This document shows positions 1 through 9,603 of a stretch of DNA of 64,000 nt, in pieces. The stretch comes from Candidatus Dormiibacterota bacterium (GTDB lineage: Bacteria; Chloroflexota; Dormibacteria; Aeolococcales; Aeolococcaceae), in the NCBI GenBank assembly GCA_963718525.1, contig OY970355.1, positions 2,976,001 through 3,040,000 on the forward strand, in the 5' to 3' direction. The position numbers and the translations under genes were made by a program. The notes under the pieces were generated by a model that did no database searches, was not told the origin of the DNA, and saw only the letters and a program-made list of their open reading frames with translations. Within the stretch, counting starts at the first letter, position 1. Each line of letters opens with the position of its first letter.

Positions 1-658
1 ACCCGTCGACGATCACACCAGGAATGCCGTATCCCTTGGCGCGGTCGGCGACATCCTGCGTCGGCATCTGCTTCTGCCACGGGACGCTGATCGCAAAGCC
101 GTTGTTCTCCACCAGGAAGATCACCGCGAGCTTGTGGATCGCCGCAAAGTTGAGCGCCTCGTGAAAGTCGCCTTCGCTCGTCCCGCCCTCGCCGATCGAG
201 GTCAGCGTGACCGCGTCCTCGCCGCGCATGCGCGAGGCGAGCGCGATTCCCGCTGCGTGGAGCAATTGCGTCCCGACCGGCGACCCGGTGGTGATGATGT
301 TCAGGCGCCGGCATCCGTAGTGCGCGGGCATCTGCCGGCCACCGCTGTTCGGGTCGGCGGCGCGTTGCAGCACCGACAGGATGTGGTCCTTGGGGGTCAT
401 GCCCAGCACGAGCGTCAACGCCAGGTCCCGGTAGTACGGGGCAATCCAGTCGTACGCCGGCCGCAGGTTCATGCCAAAGGCGACCTGAACCGCCTCATGA
501 CCTTCGGCCGAGATCCAGAACGGCGCCCGACCCTGGCGGTTGAGCACCCACAGGCGCTCGTCGAGCAACCGGGAACGGAGCATGTGCCGGTACATGAGCC
601 GGAGCGTCTCCGCGTCGAGCCCGGCGCGAGCGTTCGTCTCGGTCCGCGTCATTGCCAC
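1..658 (-). CDS. bkdA: 2-oxoacid (likely branched-chain, 2-oxoisovalerate) dehydrogenase E1 alpha subunit, runs off the left edge
   Basis: Not in the ORF track. Manual translation: (V)AMTRTETNARAGLDAETLRLMYRHMLRSRLLDERLWVLNRQGRAPFWISAEGHEA...SGGRQMPAHYG...GEGGTSEGDFHEALNFAAIHKL...ENN (TPP-binding motif). Lies next to lpdA. Start GTG 658 or ATG 652. Confidence 0.88.
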   Translation of the reverse strand, partial: MAMTRTETNARAGLDAETLRLMYRHMLRSRLLDERLWVLNRQGRAPFWISAEGHEAVQVAFGMNLRPAYDWIAPYYRDLALTLVLGMTPKDHILSVLQRAADPNSGGRQMPAHYGCRRLNIITTGSPVGTQLLHAAGIALASRMRGEDAVTLTSIGEGGTSEGDFHEALNFAAIHKLAVIFLVENNGFAISVPWQKQMPTQDVADRAKGYGIPGVIVDG

Positions 659-719
659 GTGTCGATCATGCCTCCGAACCGAGCTGGCGCCACTGGCTAC
701 TCCGACGTTCCACAGCGGC

Positions 720-2122
720 TCAAATGTGGATTGCCTCACCACTCACGGCAAGCGCAGCTTCTGAGAGCACCTCACTGAGTGTAGGGTGCGGTGCCACCGC
801 GTGGCCCATCTCGAAAGCGGTCGTCTCGAGGAGTCCCCCAGCGCGGGTCCCCAGATGAGCTCGGTCACCTCGTGCCCGATGATGTGCACGCCGAGGACCG
901 TCCCGTCCGCCTTGTCCGCAACCACCTTGCAGAACCCCCCGGTCTCGCCCCAGATCAGCGCCCTGCCGTTGCCGCGGAACGGCACGACGCCGGTGGCCAC
1001 CTCGTACCCGGCGGCCTGCGCCTCGGTTTCGCTGAACCCCATCGATCCGATCTGTGGCGTGCAGTAGGTCGTGCGGGTCACCAGGCGGGGATCGAGTGGG
1101 TGCGGATCTCGTCCGGCAATCGCCTCGACGGCGAGCACGCCTTCGTGGAGCGCCTTGTGGGCAAGCTGGAAGCCGCCGACAACGTCACCGACGGCGCTGA
1201 CCCCGGGCTCGCCGGTGCGCAGCATCGGATCGACCGCGATGACCCCGCGATCGACGACGACGCCGGTGCCCTCGATGCCGATGTTCTCGACGTTGGCCGC
1301 CCTGCCCACGGCGACGAGCAGGACCTCCGCCTGGAGGCGCTGCTCCTTGCCGTCCTCACCCGCGACGGTCACCCCGACGCCGCCCTCGTTGCGCTCGACC
1401 GAGCCGAGGTCGAGGCGATGCCCGGTCAGGCAGGTGATGCCCCGCGCCTCGAACTGGCGCCGGAGTTCGGTGCCGACGGCGGCATCCTCGAGCGGGACCA
1501 GGTTCGGCAGCATCTCGACGATGGTCACCTCGGCGCCACAGGAGCGATAGAGCGAGGCGAACTCGACGCCCACGGCACCAGCGCCGAGCACGATCGCCGA
1601 CGCCGGCACACGGTTCATGAAGAGCGCCTCGTCGCTGGTGAGGATGACATTGCCGTCGGCTGCAACCCCTGGCAGCTGCTTGGGGCGTGACCCGGTGGCG
1701 AGGATCACCGACCCGGCCTCGAGCTCGACGGCGTCGCCGCTCGGCGGCTCGACCGTGAGCCGGCCGGCGCCATCGAGGCGACCTCGCCCGCTGACGACAC
1801 TCACCTTGTTCTTGCGCAGGAGGAACTGCACGCCCTTGTGCAGCTGGCTCACCACCTGGTCGCGCCGGCGCCCCGCGACTGCGTAGTCGAAATGGACGTC
1901 GCCGGTGGTGACTCCGAAGGCATCAGCGTGCCGCAGCTCGTCGAGCAATCCCGCGCTCTGCAGCAGCGCCTTGGCCGGGATGCAACCGCGGTGCAGGCAG
2001 GTGCCGCCGACCTTGTCCTCCTCCACCAGCACCACGCTCAGCCCGAGCTGGGCCGCGCGGATCGCTGCCGGGTAGCCGCCCATCCCGCCCCCGAGAATGG
2101 CGATGTCAAATCGTTCGGCCAC
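720..2122 (-). CDS. lpdA: Dihydrolipoamide dehydrogenase (E3); one base missing near 835-839 shifts off the C-terminus
   Basis: GGGMGG FAD motif, GGTCLHRGCIP redox disulfide and GAGAVGVE NAD motif. The catalytic tail ...LLETTAFEMGHAVAPHPTLSEVLSEAALAVSGEAIHI* (stop 720-722) is in the neighbouring frame. Start GTG 2122, 8 nt after TATACT. Confidence 0.92.
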
Positions 2123-2203
2123 GGGCCTTGAGTATATCGGCGGGGTCGACCGCGCCATCCGCGGTGATCGAATTCGTGGGACCGGCGGGCGTCGCCCTCG
2201 GCG

Positions 2204-3097
2204 TCACGCGGAGAGGAAGCGGCGAACCCCGAGGAAGCTGCCGAACGCTCCGACGGCGACGCCGCCGACCAGCAGCACCACGAGCAGGGTGATCGTGTAC
2301 CGCGTGTCGAAGGGCACGCTCAAGAGGTTGCCCTGAGCTGCCTGGACGAAGAGACGGTAGGCGCCGAACACCACCGCTCCGGAGAAGATCGCGGCCAGCA
2401 GCCCCCCGAGCATCCCCTCGAGGATGAACGGCCAGCGAACGAACCAGTCGGTTGCGCCGACGAGCTTCATGATCTCGATCTCGGTTCGTCGTGAGTACAC
2501 CGCAGTTCGGATCGTGTTCATGATGATCACGATGCTGATGGTCAGGAGAATGATCGCGATGATCGCCCCGACCCACTCGATCACCGTGATCACCGTGTTG
2601 AGCTTGCCGATGACGTCCGAGTTGTAGTCCGTCGGGGTCGTGCTGTCGACGATCGGCGTGGCCTTGGCCTCGGCGTTGAACTGACTGAGGTCGGTGAGCT
2701 TGCGGACGTTGAGGTTCAGTGACGCCGGCAGGGGGTTGCTGCCGAGGACGGTGAGCGCGCTGGCGATCGACGGGTTCTGTGAAGCCTGCTGCGCTGCCTG
2801 ATCCTTGGTCTCGAAGCTCACCGAGATGACGCGGGGATCGTGCTTGAGGCGGCTCTCGAAGTTCGTGATCGCCGCCAGGGACGCGTTGTCCGACAGGTAG
2901 ATCTTCAGGTGGCTCGCGTTCTGCTCCTGCCCCTGGAGCACGGAGTCGACCGAGTGTGTGAAGAGCAGCGATCCGCCGACCAGAAAGATGATCAGACCCA
3001 TGGTGAACACGCCCGCGAGCGAGACACCCAGGTTGCGGCGAAAATTCTGTCCGGCGCTGTGAAGCGCGAACCACAGCGAGGCGAGGATCTGCCTCAC
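2204..3097 (-). CDS. ftsX: Cell division permease-like protein FtsX
   Basis: NPLPASL and IMNTIRTAVYSRRTEIEIMKLVGATDWFVRWPF motifs; 4 TM segments; GTG start overlaps the ftsE stop (GTGA). Confidence 0.93.
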   Translation of the reverse strand: MRQILASLWFALHSAGQNFRRNLGVSLAGVFTMGLIIFLVGGSLLFTHSVDSVLQGQEQNASHLKIYLSDNASLAAITNFESRLKHDPRVISVSFETKDQAAQQASQNPSIASALTVLGSNPLPASLNLNVRKLTDLSQFNAEAKATPIVDSTTPTDYNSDVIGKLNTVITVIEWVGAIIAIILLTISIVIIMNTIRTAVYSRRTEIEIMKLVGATDWFVRWPFILEGMLGGLLAAIFSGAVVFGAYRLFVQAAQGNLLSVPFDTRYTITLLVVLLVGGVAVGAFGSFLGVRRFLSA

Positions 3098-3849
3098 AGG
3101 GTTGCGGTTCCTTCGCGCAGGTAGCTGCCCTCGGCCTCGTCTCTGACGACGCGCCCGTTGTCGATCGCGATGACACGGCGGCGGACGAGGTCGACGACCT
3201 CGCGGTTGTGGGTCGCCATCAGCACGGTTGTGCCGCGGTGATTGATCTGGAGCAGCAGTTGCACGATGCCCCACGACGTGTCGGGGTCGAGGTTGCCGGT
3301 CGGCTCGTCGGCGAGGAAGATGCGTGGCCGGTGCACCAGGGCTCGGGCGATCGCCACGCGCTGCTGCTCACCACCGCTCAGCTCGTCCGGGAACTTGTCG
3401 AGCTTGTCCTCGAGACCGACGATCCAGAGGACCTCCTCCACCTTCTCGCGCAGGTGGCGCTGGCCGGGCCGGGTCACCTGAAGCGCGAACGCGACGTTCT
3501 GCGCCACGGTTCGCCGGGTCAGAAGCTTGTAGTCCTGGAACACGATGCCGAACTTGCGCCGCAGCTTGGGGAGCTTGCGGTGCGACATCCGGCTCACCTC
3601 CTGGCCGTCGATGAAGATCCGCCCTGTCGAGGGAGCCTCGTCGCGAATCAGGAGACGCACCAGGGTCGACTTGCCGGCGCCGCTCGGGCCGACCAGGAAG
3701 CAGAAGTCGCCTTGATGGATCGCCAGATCAACGTCGCGCAGGGCCTCCGTACCGTTCGGGTAGACCTTGCTCACGCCGTGAAACGAGATGACGGGGCGCA
3801 GTGCGTGCTGAGGGGGGGCCGCAGATCGTTCGGCGACCGCCACGCTCAC
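3094..3849 (-). CDS. ftsE: Cell division ATP-binding protein FtsE
   Basis: Walker [35 protein letters not shown]; directly upstream of ftsX. Confidence 0.95.
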   Translation of the reverse strand: MSVAVAERSAAPPQHALRPVISFHGVSKVYPNGTEALRDVDLAIHQGDFCFLVGPSGAGKSTLVRLLIRDEAPSTGRIFIDGQEVSRMSHRKLPKLRRKFGIVFQDYKLLTRRTVAQNVAFALQVTRPGQRHLREKVEEVLWIVGLEDKLDKFPDELSGGEQQRVAIARALVHRPRIFLADEPTGNLDPDTSWGIVQLLLQINHRGTTVLMATHNREVVDLVRRRVIAIDNGRVVRDEAEGSYLREGTATL

Positions 3850-3987
3850 CAGGCTGCCCCCTGGGGCGATGTCTTCATAAGATGGTTTCTGGGATCGCTA
3901 CTGAGTCGGCGGCCAGTATAGACCGGGGTCCCGGCGGACTCCCGCGATATTTCACAGATTGGTCACTTCCGTAGTGGGATTGGCCGA

Positions 3988-5107
3988 TCAGGATGCCTTC
4001 GATTCTGGACCCTCGCGCGCCGCCCAGTGCAGGTATCCCTCGATGAACGGGTCGATGTCCCCGTCCAGCACGGCCTGGGCGTTGCCGACCTCGACCCCGG
4101 TCCGGTGGTCCTTCACCATCGTGTACGGCTGGAGCACGTAGGAGCGAATCTGGCTCCCCCACTCGGCGGCGATCAGCTCCCCCTTGAGATCGGCGACCTT
4201 CTGCGCGTGGGCGGCCTGCTGCAACGCGAGGAGGCGGGAGCGCAGCACCCGCCAGGCCACGTCGCGGTTCTGCTGCTGCGATCGCTCGTTCTGACACGTG
4301 ACCACGACGCCCGTCGGGATGTGGGTCAAGCGAACGGCCGACGAGGTCTTGTTGACGTGCTGGCCGCCCGCACCGCTTGATCGGAACACGTCCGTGCGCA
4401 CGTCGTCAGGATCGATCTCGACGGTCACGGTGTCCTCGATCTCAGGCGTGACCTCGACGAGCACGAACGACGTGTGCCTCCGATGGGCAGCGTCGAATGG
4501 GCTGATCCGGACCAGGCGGTGCACGCCGTGCTCCCCCTTGAGCAGGCCGTAGGCACGAGGGCCGGACACGCGAATGGTCGCGGATTTGATGCCTGCCTCA
4601 TCGCCCACCGACTCCTCGAGAAACTCAACCGGCATGCGGTGCTCCTCCGCCCAGAGCAGGTACATGCGCAGGAGCATCTGCGCCCAATCCTGGGAATCGG
4701 TGCCACCCGCACCCGCGTGGATCCCGATCAGCGCCACATGGTCGGTGTACGGATCGCTGAACAGCAGATCGATCTGACGGCGACCGATCTCCCTCTCGAG
4801 GGCTGTCAGCTCATTCTCGATGTCGAGAGTCATCGCATCGTCCGGCTCGGCCTCGACCATTGCGACAAGCTCGCGCGTGTCACGGGCGCGCTGCGACAGC
4901 GATTCCCACGTGCTGAGGTCGTCGCGGATGCGCGAGGCTTCCTGGTTGAGCGACGCCGCATTCTTTGGGTCGTCCCAGAGGTCCGGCGCTGCGATCTCCA
5001 GGTCGAGCTCGATCAGGCGGCGGCGTTTCCCGTCGAGGTCAAAGATGCCCCTGGAGCTCGGCAATGCGGGCGGCGACGTCGGTGGCGCGGTCTGCAAGCT
5101 CGCTCAT
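3988..5107 (-). CDS. prfB: Peptide chain release factor 2, with programmed +1 frameshift
   Basis: SPF (RISPFD) and GGQ motifs. True start ATG 5107 gives MSELADRATDVAARIAELQGHL, then CTT-TGA-C and +1 continuation DLDGKRRR. Confidence 0.96.
5038..5052 (-). promoter_or_regulatory. RF2 programmed +1 frameshift cassette
   Basis: Minus strand reads AGGGG-CAT-CTT-TGA-C: internal SD-like sequence, CUU slippery codon and UGA-C stop, matching the canonical prfB signal. Confidence 0.95.
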
Positions 5108-5132
5108 CTGCCGAGTATTCCACAATGATGTG

Positions 5133-6155
5133 ATGCAAACCGCTGCAACGGTCACGTCTGAGGCGATCGGGGAGCTGTTCCCCGACATGCCCCGCGCGTT
5201 CGACTTCGACGATGTGTCGCTCGTGCCCCGCGTGCGATCGACGCTTGCGCACCGGACCGAAGCCGTGCCGGCGCTGGAGTTCGGACCTGCGCGCCTGACG
5301 ATTCCGCTGCTCGGCTCGCCGATGCCGGACGTTTGCGGCGTCGACATGTGCATCGCGCTGGGGCAGCATGGCGCGCTCGGAATCCTGCCTCGTTTCCAGC
5401 CCGTCAGCGAGCAGGCGGAGGAGCTTCGCGAGGTCGCCGCCGCGGGCGGCGCCGTTGCTGCGGCGCTCGGTGTCACCGGCGACTATCGCGAACGGTTCAC
5501 CCGCATCATCGAATCGGGGTGCCGGATCGTCTGTCTCGATACCGCCAATGGCGCGCACGAGCAGGTGGCCCACGCGGTCCGCTGGGTGCGCGACCAGGAC
5601 GCGAGCGTGTTTCTCATTGCGGGCAATGTCGCCACGGCCGAGACCTTCCGGTGGCTCGAGGACCAGGGAGTCGACGCGATTCGCGTGGGGATCGCGGGCG
5701 GCTCGGTGTGCGAGACACGGACGGAGACCGGCGTCCACGCGCCGACGCCGTACAGCGTCTACGAGTGCGTCCAGGTGCGCCGGCGGGCGCTGATCGTCGC
5801 CGACGGCGGCGTTCGCAGCCCGGCCGACATGTGCAAGCTGCTCGCGTTCGGCGCCGACTGCGTGATGGTCGGGTCGGCGCTGGCCGGGACGTACGAGGCT
5901 CCGGGACGGGTCATCGTCGTGGACGGGAAGAAGTTCAAGATCATGCGGGGGGCGGCTTCGTTCTCGGTGCAGCAGGAGTTCGCCGGCGAGGATCCCGAAT
6001 ACATCGAGGGTGCTGAGTCGATCGTCCCGTACAAGGGCAGGGTCGCGGACGTGATTCAGCGTTACGTGGCAGGGCTTCGCAGCTCGATGTCGTACATGGA
6101 CGCGCGCACGCTGACCGAGTACCGGAGCAACGCCAGCTTCATCCGGATGCGATAG
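5133..6155 (+). CDS. IMPDH/GMP reductase family protein lacking CBS domains
   Basis: FDFDDVSLVP, SPMPDV, DTANGAH, IAGNVAT, catalytic loop GIAGGSVCETR, IVADGG, EGAESIVPYKG, GLRSSMSY. Confidence 0.85.
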   Translation: MQTAATVTSEAIGELFPDMPRAFDFDDVSLVPRVRSTLAHRTEAVPALEFGPARLTIPLLGSPMPDVCGVDMCIALGQHGALGILPRFQPVSEQAEELREVAAAGGAVAAALGVTGDYRERFTRIIESGCRIVCLDTANGAHEQVAHAVRWVRDQDASVFLIAGNVATAETFRWLEDQGVDAIRVGIAGGSVCETRTETGVHAPTPYSVYECVQVRRRALIVADGGVRSPADMCKLLAFGADCVMVGSALAGTYEAPGRVIVVDGKKFKIMRGAASFSVQQEFAGEDPEYIEGAESIVPYKGRVADVIQRYVAGLRSSMSYMDARTLTEYRSNASFIRMR

Positions 6156-6166
6156 GCGCTCCTGCG

Positions 6167-6772
6167 CTAGCCGAGTTCGGCGATGAGCTCGGCCGACGTC
6201 ATCGGTTTGGAGAACATCGGGTAGTCGTACTTGAGGGCGTTGTCGTGCTCCTCTTCTGACGTGGCAGCAACGCAATCGCTGAGCGTGATCACCTCGTAGC
6301 CGTTCTCGTAGCCACTGCGCATGGTGGATTCGACGCAACAGTTGGTGAGGAACCCGCCCAGGACGATGGTCGAGATTCCCTTGCTGCGCAGGATGAAATC
6401 GAGATTCGTGCTCGCGAAGGTGTCCAGCCCGCGCTTTCCCTCGATGACGATGTCCCCCTCCTGCGGGTCAAGCTCCTCGGTGATCGCTGCGCCCCAGGTG
6501 CCCTTCACGAAGGCGTTGCCGTCGACGACCCCTTTGAGAATGCCGTAGGGGTGCGCGCTGATCTCGTTGTAGCCCTTGGCGAACATGATCGGCGCGTGCA
6601 TGATCGTCGCGCCGGCTGACCGTGCCGCTTCGACCACGCGTTCCGTGTTGCCCAGCATGTCCGTCTTCTCCATCACGGGTTGGACGGCCCCGTGCAGGAC
6701 GCCACCCTCGGATGTGAAGTCGTTCTGGTATTCGATGAGCACAACGGCGGTCTTGGCTGGGTCGATCGACAT
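6167..6772 (-). CDS. Isochorismatase-family cysteine hydrolase
   Basis: IEYQNDF, K in EGKRG and TNCCVEST catalytic motifs; AGGAGG upstream of ATG 6772. Confidence 0.9.
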   Translation of the reverse strand: MSIDPAKTAVVLIEYQNDFTSEGGVLHGAVQPVMEKTDMLGNTERVVEAARSAGATIMHAPIMFAKGYNEISAHPYGILKGVVDGNAFVKGTWGAAITEELDPQEGDIVIEGKRGLDTFASTNLDFILRSKGISTIVLGGFLTNCCVESTMRSGYENGYEVITLSDCVAATSEEEHDNALKYDYPMFSKPMTSAELIAELG

Positions 6773-6811
6773 GCGTCCTGTCCTCCTCGGGTTCGGGTTG
6801 ATCAACGCTCG

Positions 6812-6827
6812 TTTGACCGGAGTCACA
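6812..6827. promoter_or_regulatory. Possible CRP/FNR-family binding site
   Basis: TTTGA-CCGGAG-TCACA is a 9/10 match to TGTGA-N6-TCACA, in the divergent gap upstream of the cysteine hydrolase. Confidence 0.35.
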
Positions 6828-6978
6828 TAGCGGATCTGATGGTAGTCCGGCGGTTGGTGGTGGGTTCGACGGCTCCAGATGCGCTCTTCGTCTGTCCAGA
6901 TCGACACCGAGCCTTTCGATTCCGTAACCTCACGGGCGGATCTCAGCGCTCCGGGGCGAATACGCTGATTTCACGGCC

Positions 6979-9363
6979 ATGCGGCGGCCTGTGGCCACCG
7001 TGAGGATCACACCAGGCAGTGCACCCGGCGCGCTCGTGCTGCCGGAGGGCTCAGCCTTGCGCCGACTCGCCCCGCGGATCCCGGCCAATCGACGCCGCTG
7101 GCCCCGGGGAGTGATGGTCCTCGGGCTGGTCACCGGCGTTCTCACCCTGCTGTATCTCGGGTCGACGGTCCTTCGCAGGCCCGGCACGTCCGATTACTTC
7201 TTTGATGTCTGGGTCGCCAATCTCGGGTACGCGGGGTGCGCGACCCTGTGCGCCTGGCGGGCGATCGCTCGACGTCGCGGGCGCTGGGGCTGGGGGGCTC
7301 TGGCGGTCGGCCTCTGGTTCTTCACCGCGGGATCGGTCCTCTGGACCGCCTGGGTGCAGTACTTCGTCCCTCTCCCGTACCCCTCGATCTCCGACGCCTG
7401 CTTCCTTTCGTTCTTCGTGTTCGCGTTCCCGGGCATCGGCCTCCTGGTCCGCGAGACCGTCCCACACACCTCGAAGACCATCTGGGTCGACGGTCTGATC
7501 GCCGCTCTCGGGGTCGCCGCACTCGAGTCCACCCTGGTGATCGGTCCGATCATCAACGCGAGCACTGCGGGTGGCTTCGGAACCCTCGCGACGAACATCG
7601 CGTATCCGATCGGCGACATGGTCCTCGTCACCATGGTGGTCGCGGTCTTTGCCGTTCGAGGCTGGCGGCCGGGACGCCTCTGGTGGACGCTCGGCGCCGG
7701 ACTCGTTGTGTTCGCGGCCGCAGACAGCATCTTTGTGCTGCGCGTGACCTCGAACAACTACGTCACGGGAACCCCACTGGACAGCCTGTGGCTCATCGGC
7801 GCCTTTCTCATGGCCTTCGCCGCCTGGCAGGGCATGGGGATGTCGGCTGCACGGAGCACGACGATCATTCGGCCAACCAACGTCGTTCCGGTCCTGTTCC
7901 TGCTCAGCTCGCTGGGAATCGTGGTGTATGCGGCTGGACGATCGATCTCCCTCGGCGTGGTCCTCGCCGTCGCAACGCTCCTGATCGCCATCGCCCGGTC
8001 CGCATATGCGTTTCGACAGCTGCGCGCGCTCGCCGACAGCCGGCGCGAGGCCCGAACGGACGAACTGACCGGCCTGCCCAACCGCCGGCTGTTCTTCGAG
8101 AGTCTCGCCGCATGCCTCGAACTTGGGGCCTTGGAAACGACCGCGGTGCTCATGATCGACCTTGATCGCTTCAAGGAGATCAACGACAGCCTCGGACACC
8201 ACGTCGGTGATGACGTGCTGCGCCAGCTCGGCCCGCGTCTCACCGCCGCGGTGGGCAGCACAGCGACGGTGGCACGCCTGGGAGGGGATGAATTCGGCTT
8301 GATCCTCTCCCCACTCGTCAATACCGCCGAGGCGACCGGGGCCGCGGAACGAGTTCGTGAGGCCCTGCGGCAGCCGTTTCAACTCGAGGGCATGAGCCTT
8401 CGAGTCGATGCGAGCATCGGGATCGCTCTCGCGCCCGACCACGGCACCACTCCAGAGAGCGTGCTGCAGAAGGCGGATGTCGCCATGTTCGCCGCAAAGC
8501 ACGCGCATGTCCCGTGGGAGATCTACTCGTCAGAGCATGACCAGAATGCGCTGAACCGGCTCGAGCTCATGGAAGACTTGCGCGATGCGTTGCGTCGTCA
8601 CGAGATCGTGCTGCACTACCAACCGATCCTCGACCTGACATCGGGCACCGTCACGGGCGCAGAGGCGCTGGCGCGATGGCAGCACCCCTCACGCGGACTC
8701 CTTCCACCGGGCGTGTTCCTCGGATTGATCACGGATGCAGGGCTCATGGGTCCGTTCACCATGGACGTGCTCGATCAGGCATTGGTCCAGCAGGCCACCT
8801 GGTCTGAGCGGGGATATGACCTCGGTGTCTCGGTCAACATCTCCGCGGCCAGTCTTCGTGACGAGGATCTCCCCGACAAGATTGCCGCGCGAATCGCCGC
8901 GCGCCACGTGAGACCCGCGCGCATCACGCTCGAGATCACCGAGGACTGCTTCATCGCAGACCCCGAGCAGGCGATGCTTGTCCTGGAGCGGTTGCGCGCT
9001 CTTGGCGTCGAGCTCTCGATCGACGACTTCGGTACCGGCTTCTCGTCGCTCACGTACATCCGCCGGCTGCCGGTCAGTGAGCTGAAGCTCGACCGAACCT
9101 TCCTGACCGGCGCACCGCAGGATGCTCGGGCTGTGGCGGTGATTCGCTCCACGGTCGGCCTGGCTCACGCACTCGGATTGCGCATCGTCGCCGAGGGCAT
9201 CGAAACGCTCGATGCACTCGAGCTGGTCGACCGCTTGGGCTGTGACGCAGCGCAGGGCTACCTCATCGGCCGACCCGCGCCCGCCGAGGACTTTGATGTC
9301 AGTGCCGCTGCCCAAGAGGCACGGGTTGACGCGGAGTACGTCTCCGCCACGGTCACTTCATAG
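6979..9363 (+). CDS. Membrane-bound diguanylate cyclase/phosphodiesterase (multi-TM + GGDEF + EAL)
   Basis: About 10 TM helices; DELTGLPNRR, RLGGDEF, AEALARW, DDFGTGFSSL. Start uncertain (possibly 7000 or 7111/7114). Confidence 0.92.
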   Translation: MRRPVATVRITPGSAPGALVLPEGSALRRLAPRIPANRRRWPRGVMVLGLVTGVLTLLYLGSTVLRRPGTSDYFFDVWVANLGYAGCATLCAWRAIARRRGRWGWGALAVGLWFFTAGSVLWTAWVQYFVPLPYPSISDACFLSFFVFAFPGIGLLVRETVPHTSKTIWVDGLIAALGVAALESTLVIGPIINASTAGGFGTLATNIAYPIGDMVLVTMVVAVFAVRGWRPGRLWWTLGAGLVVFAAADSIFVLRVTSNNYVTGTPLDSLWLIGAFLMAFAAWQGMGMSAARSTTIIRPTNVVPVLFLLSSLGIVVYAAGRSISLGVVLAVATLLIAIARSAYAFRQLRALADSRREARTDELTGLPNRRLFFESLAACLELGALETTAVLMIDLDRFKEINDSLGHHVGDDVLRQLGPRLTAAVGSTATVARLGGDEFGLILSPLVNTAEATGAAERVREALRQPFQLEGMSLRVDASIGIALAPDHGTTPESVLQKADVAMFAAKHAHVPWEIYSSEHDQNALNRLELMEDLRDALRRHEIVLHYQPILDLTSGTVTGAEALARWQHPSRGLLPPGVFLGLITDAGLMGPFTMDVLDQALVQQATWSERGYDLGVSVNISAASLRDEDLPDKIAARIAARHVRPARITLEITEDCFIADPEQAMLVLERLRALGVELSIDDFGTGFSSLTYIRRLPVSELKLDRTFLTGAPQDARAVAVIRSTVGLAHALGLRIVAEGIETLDALELVDRLGCDAAQGYLIGRPAPAEDFDVSAAAQEARVDAEYVSATVTS

Positions 9364-9515
9364 CCGGAGGTATTCCCCTGGCTGCCGGCCGCAATCCACG
9401 CGCGGCCGGTCGCACAGGACACGACGTTCAGCCCCGATGCGTACTGTGTGCCGATCGGATTCGGGGTCGGCTGGATCCGCCCGAGAGGTGCCTCGCCGCC
9501 CGACCCGCCTACTTA

Positions 9516-9533
9516 CCGTGGCAGAACTTGTAC
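9516..9533. repeat. att site (distal copy) containing the displaced original secA 3' end
   Basis: CCGTGGCAGAACTTGTAC; minus strand 9532-9509 reads TAC AAG TTC TGC CAC GGT AAG TAG = YKFCHGK*. Confidence 0.92.
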
Positions 9534-9583
9534 ATCCGTCAGTCGGCCCAAAACAACAGGACTAGCAGCACTTTCTCCGCCTC

Positions 9584-9603
9584 TACCCTCATCAAAACCC
9601 TCA
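9584..9603 (+). repeat. Integrase arm-type site pair (left end)
   Basis: TACCCTCA-TCAA-AACCCTCA, 12-bp period, 50 bp inside the att core; the same pair occurs at the other end. Confidence 0.8.

Noticed and set aside
5039-5097. prfB as a pseudogene, or starting at 5097 as in the ORF track
   Set aside because: Explained by the canonical programmed +1 frameshift; the true start is 5107.
9364-9515. tRNA or tmRNA as the integration target
   Set aside because: No cloverleaf or T-loop GTTCGA with acceptor stem at either end; the repeats map to secA instead. The hairpins here are more likely terminators.
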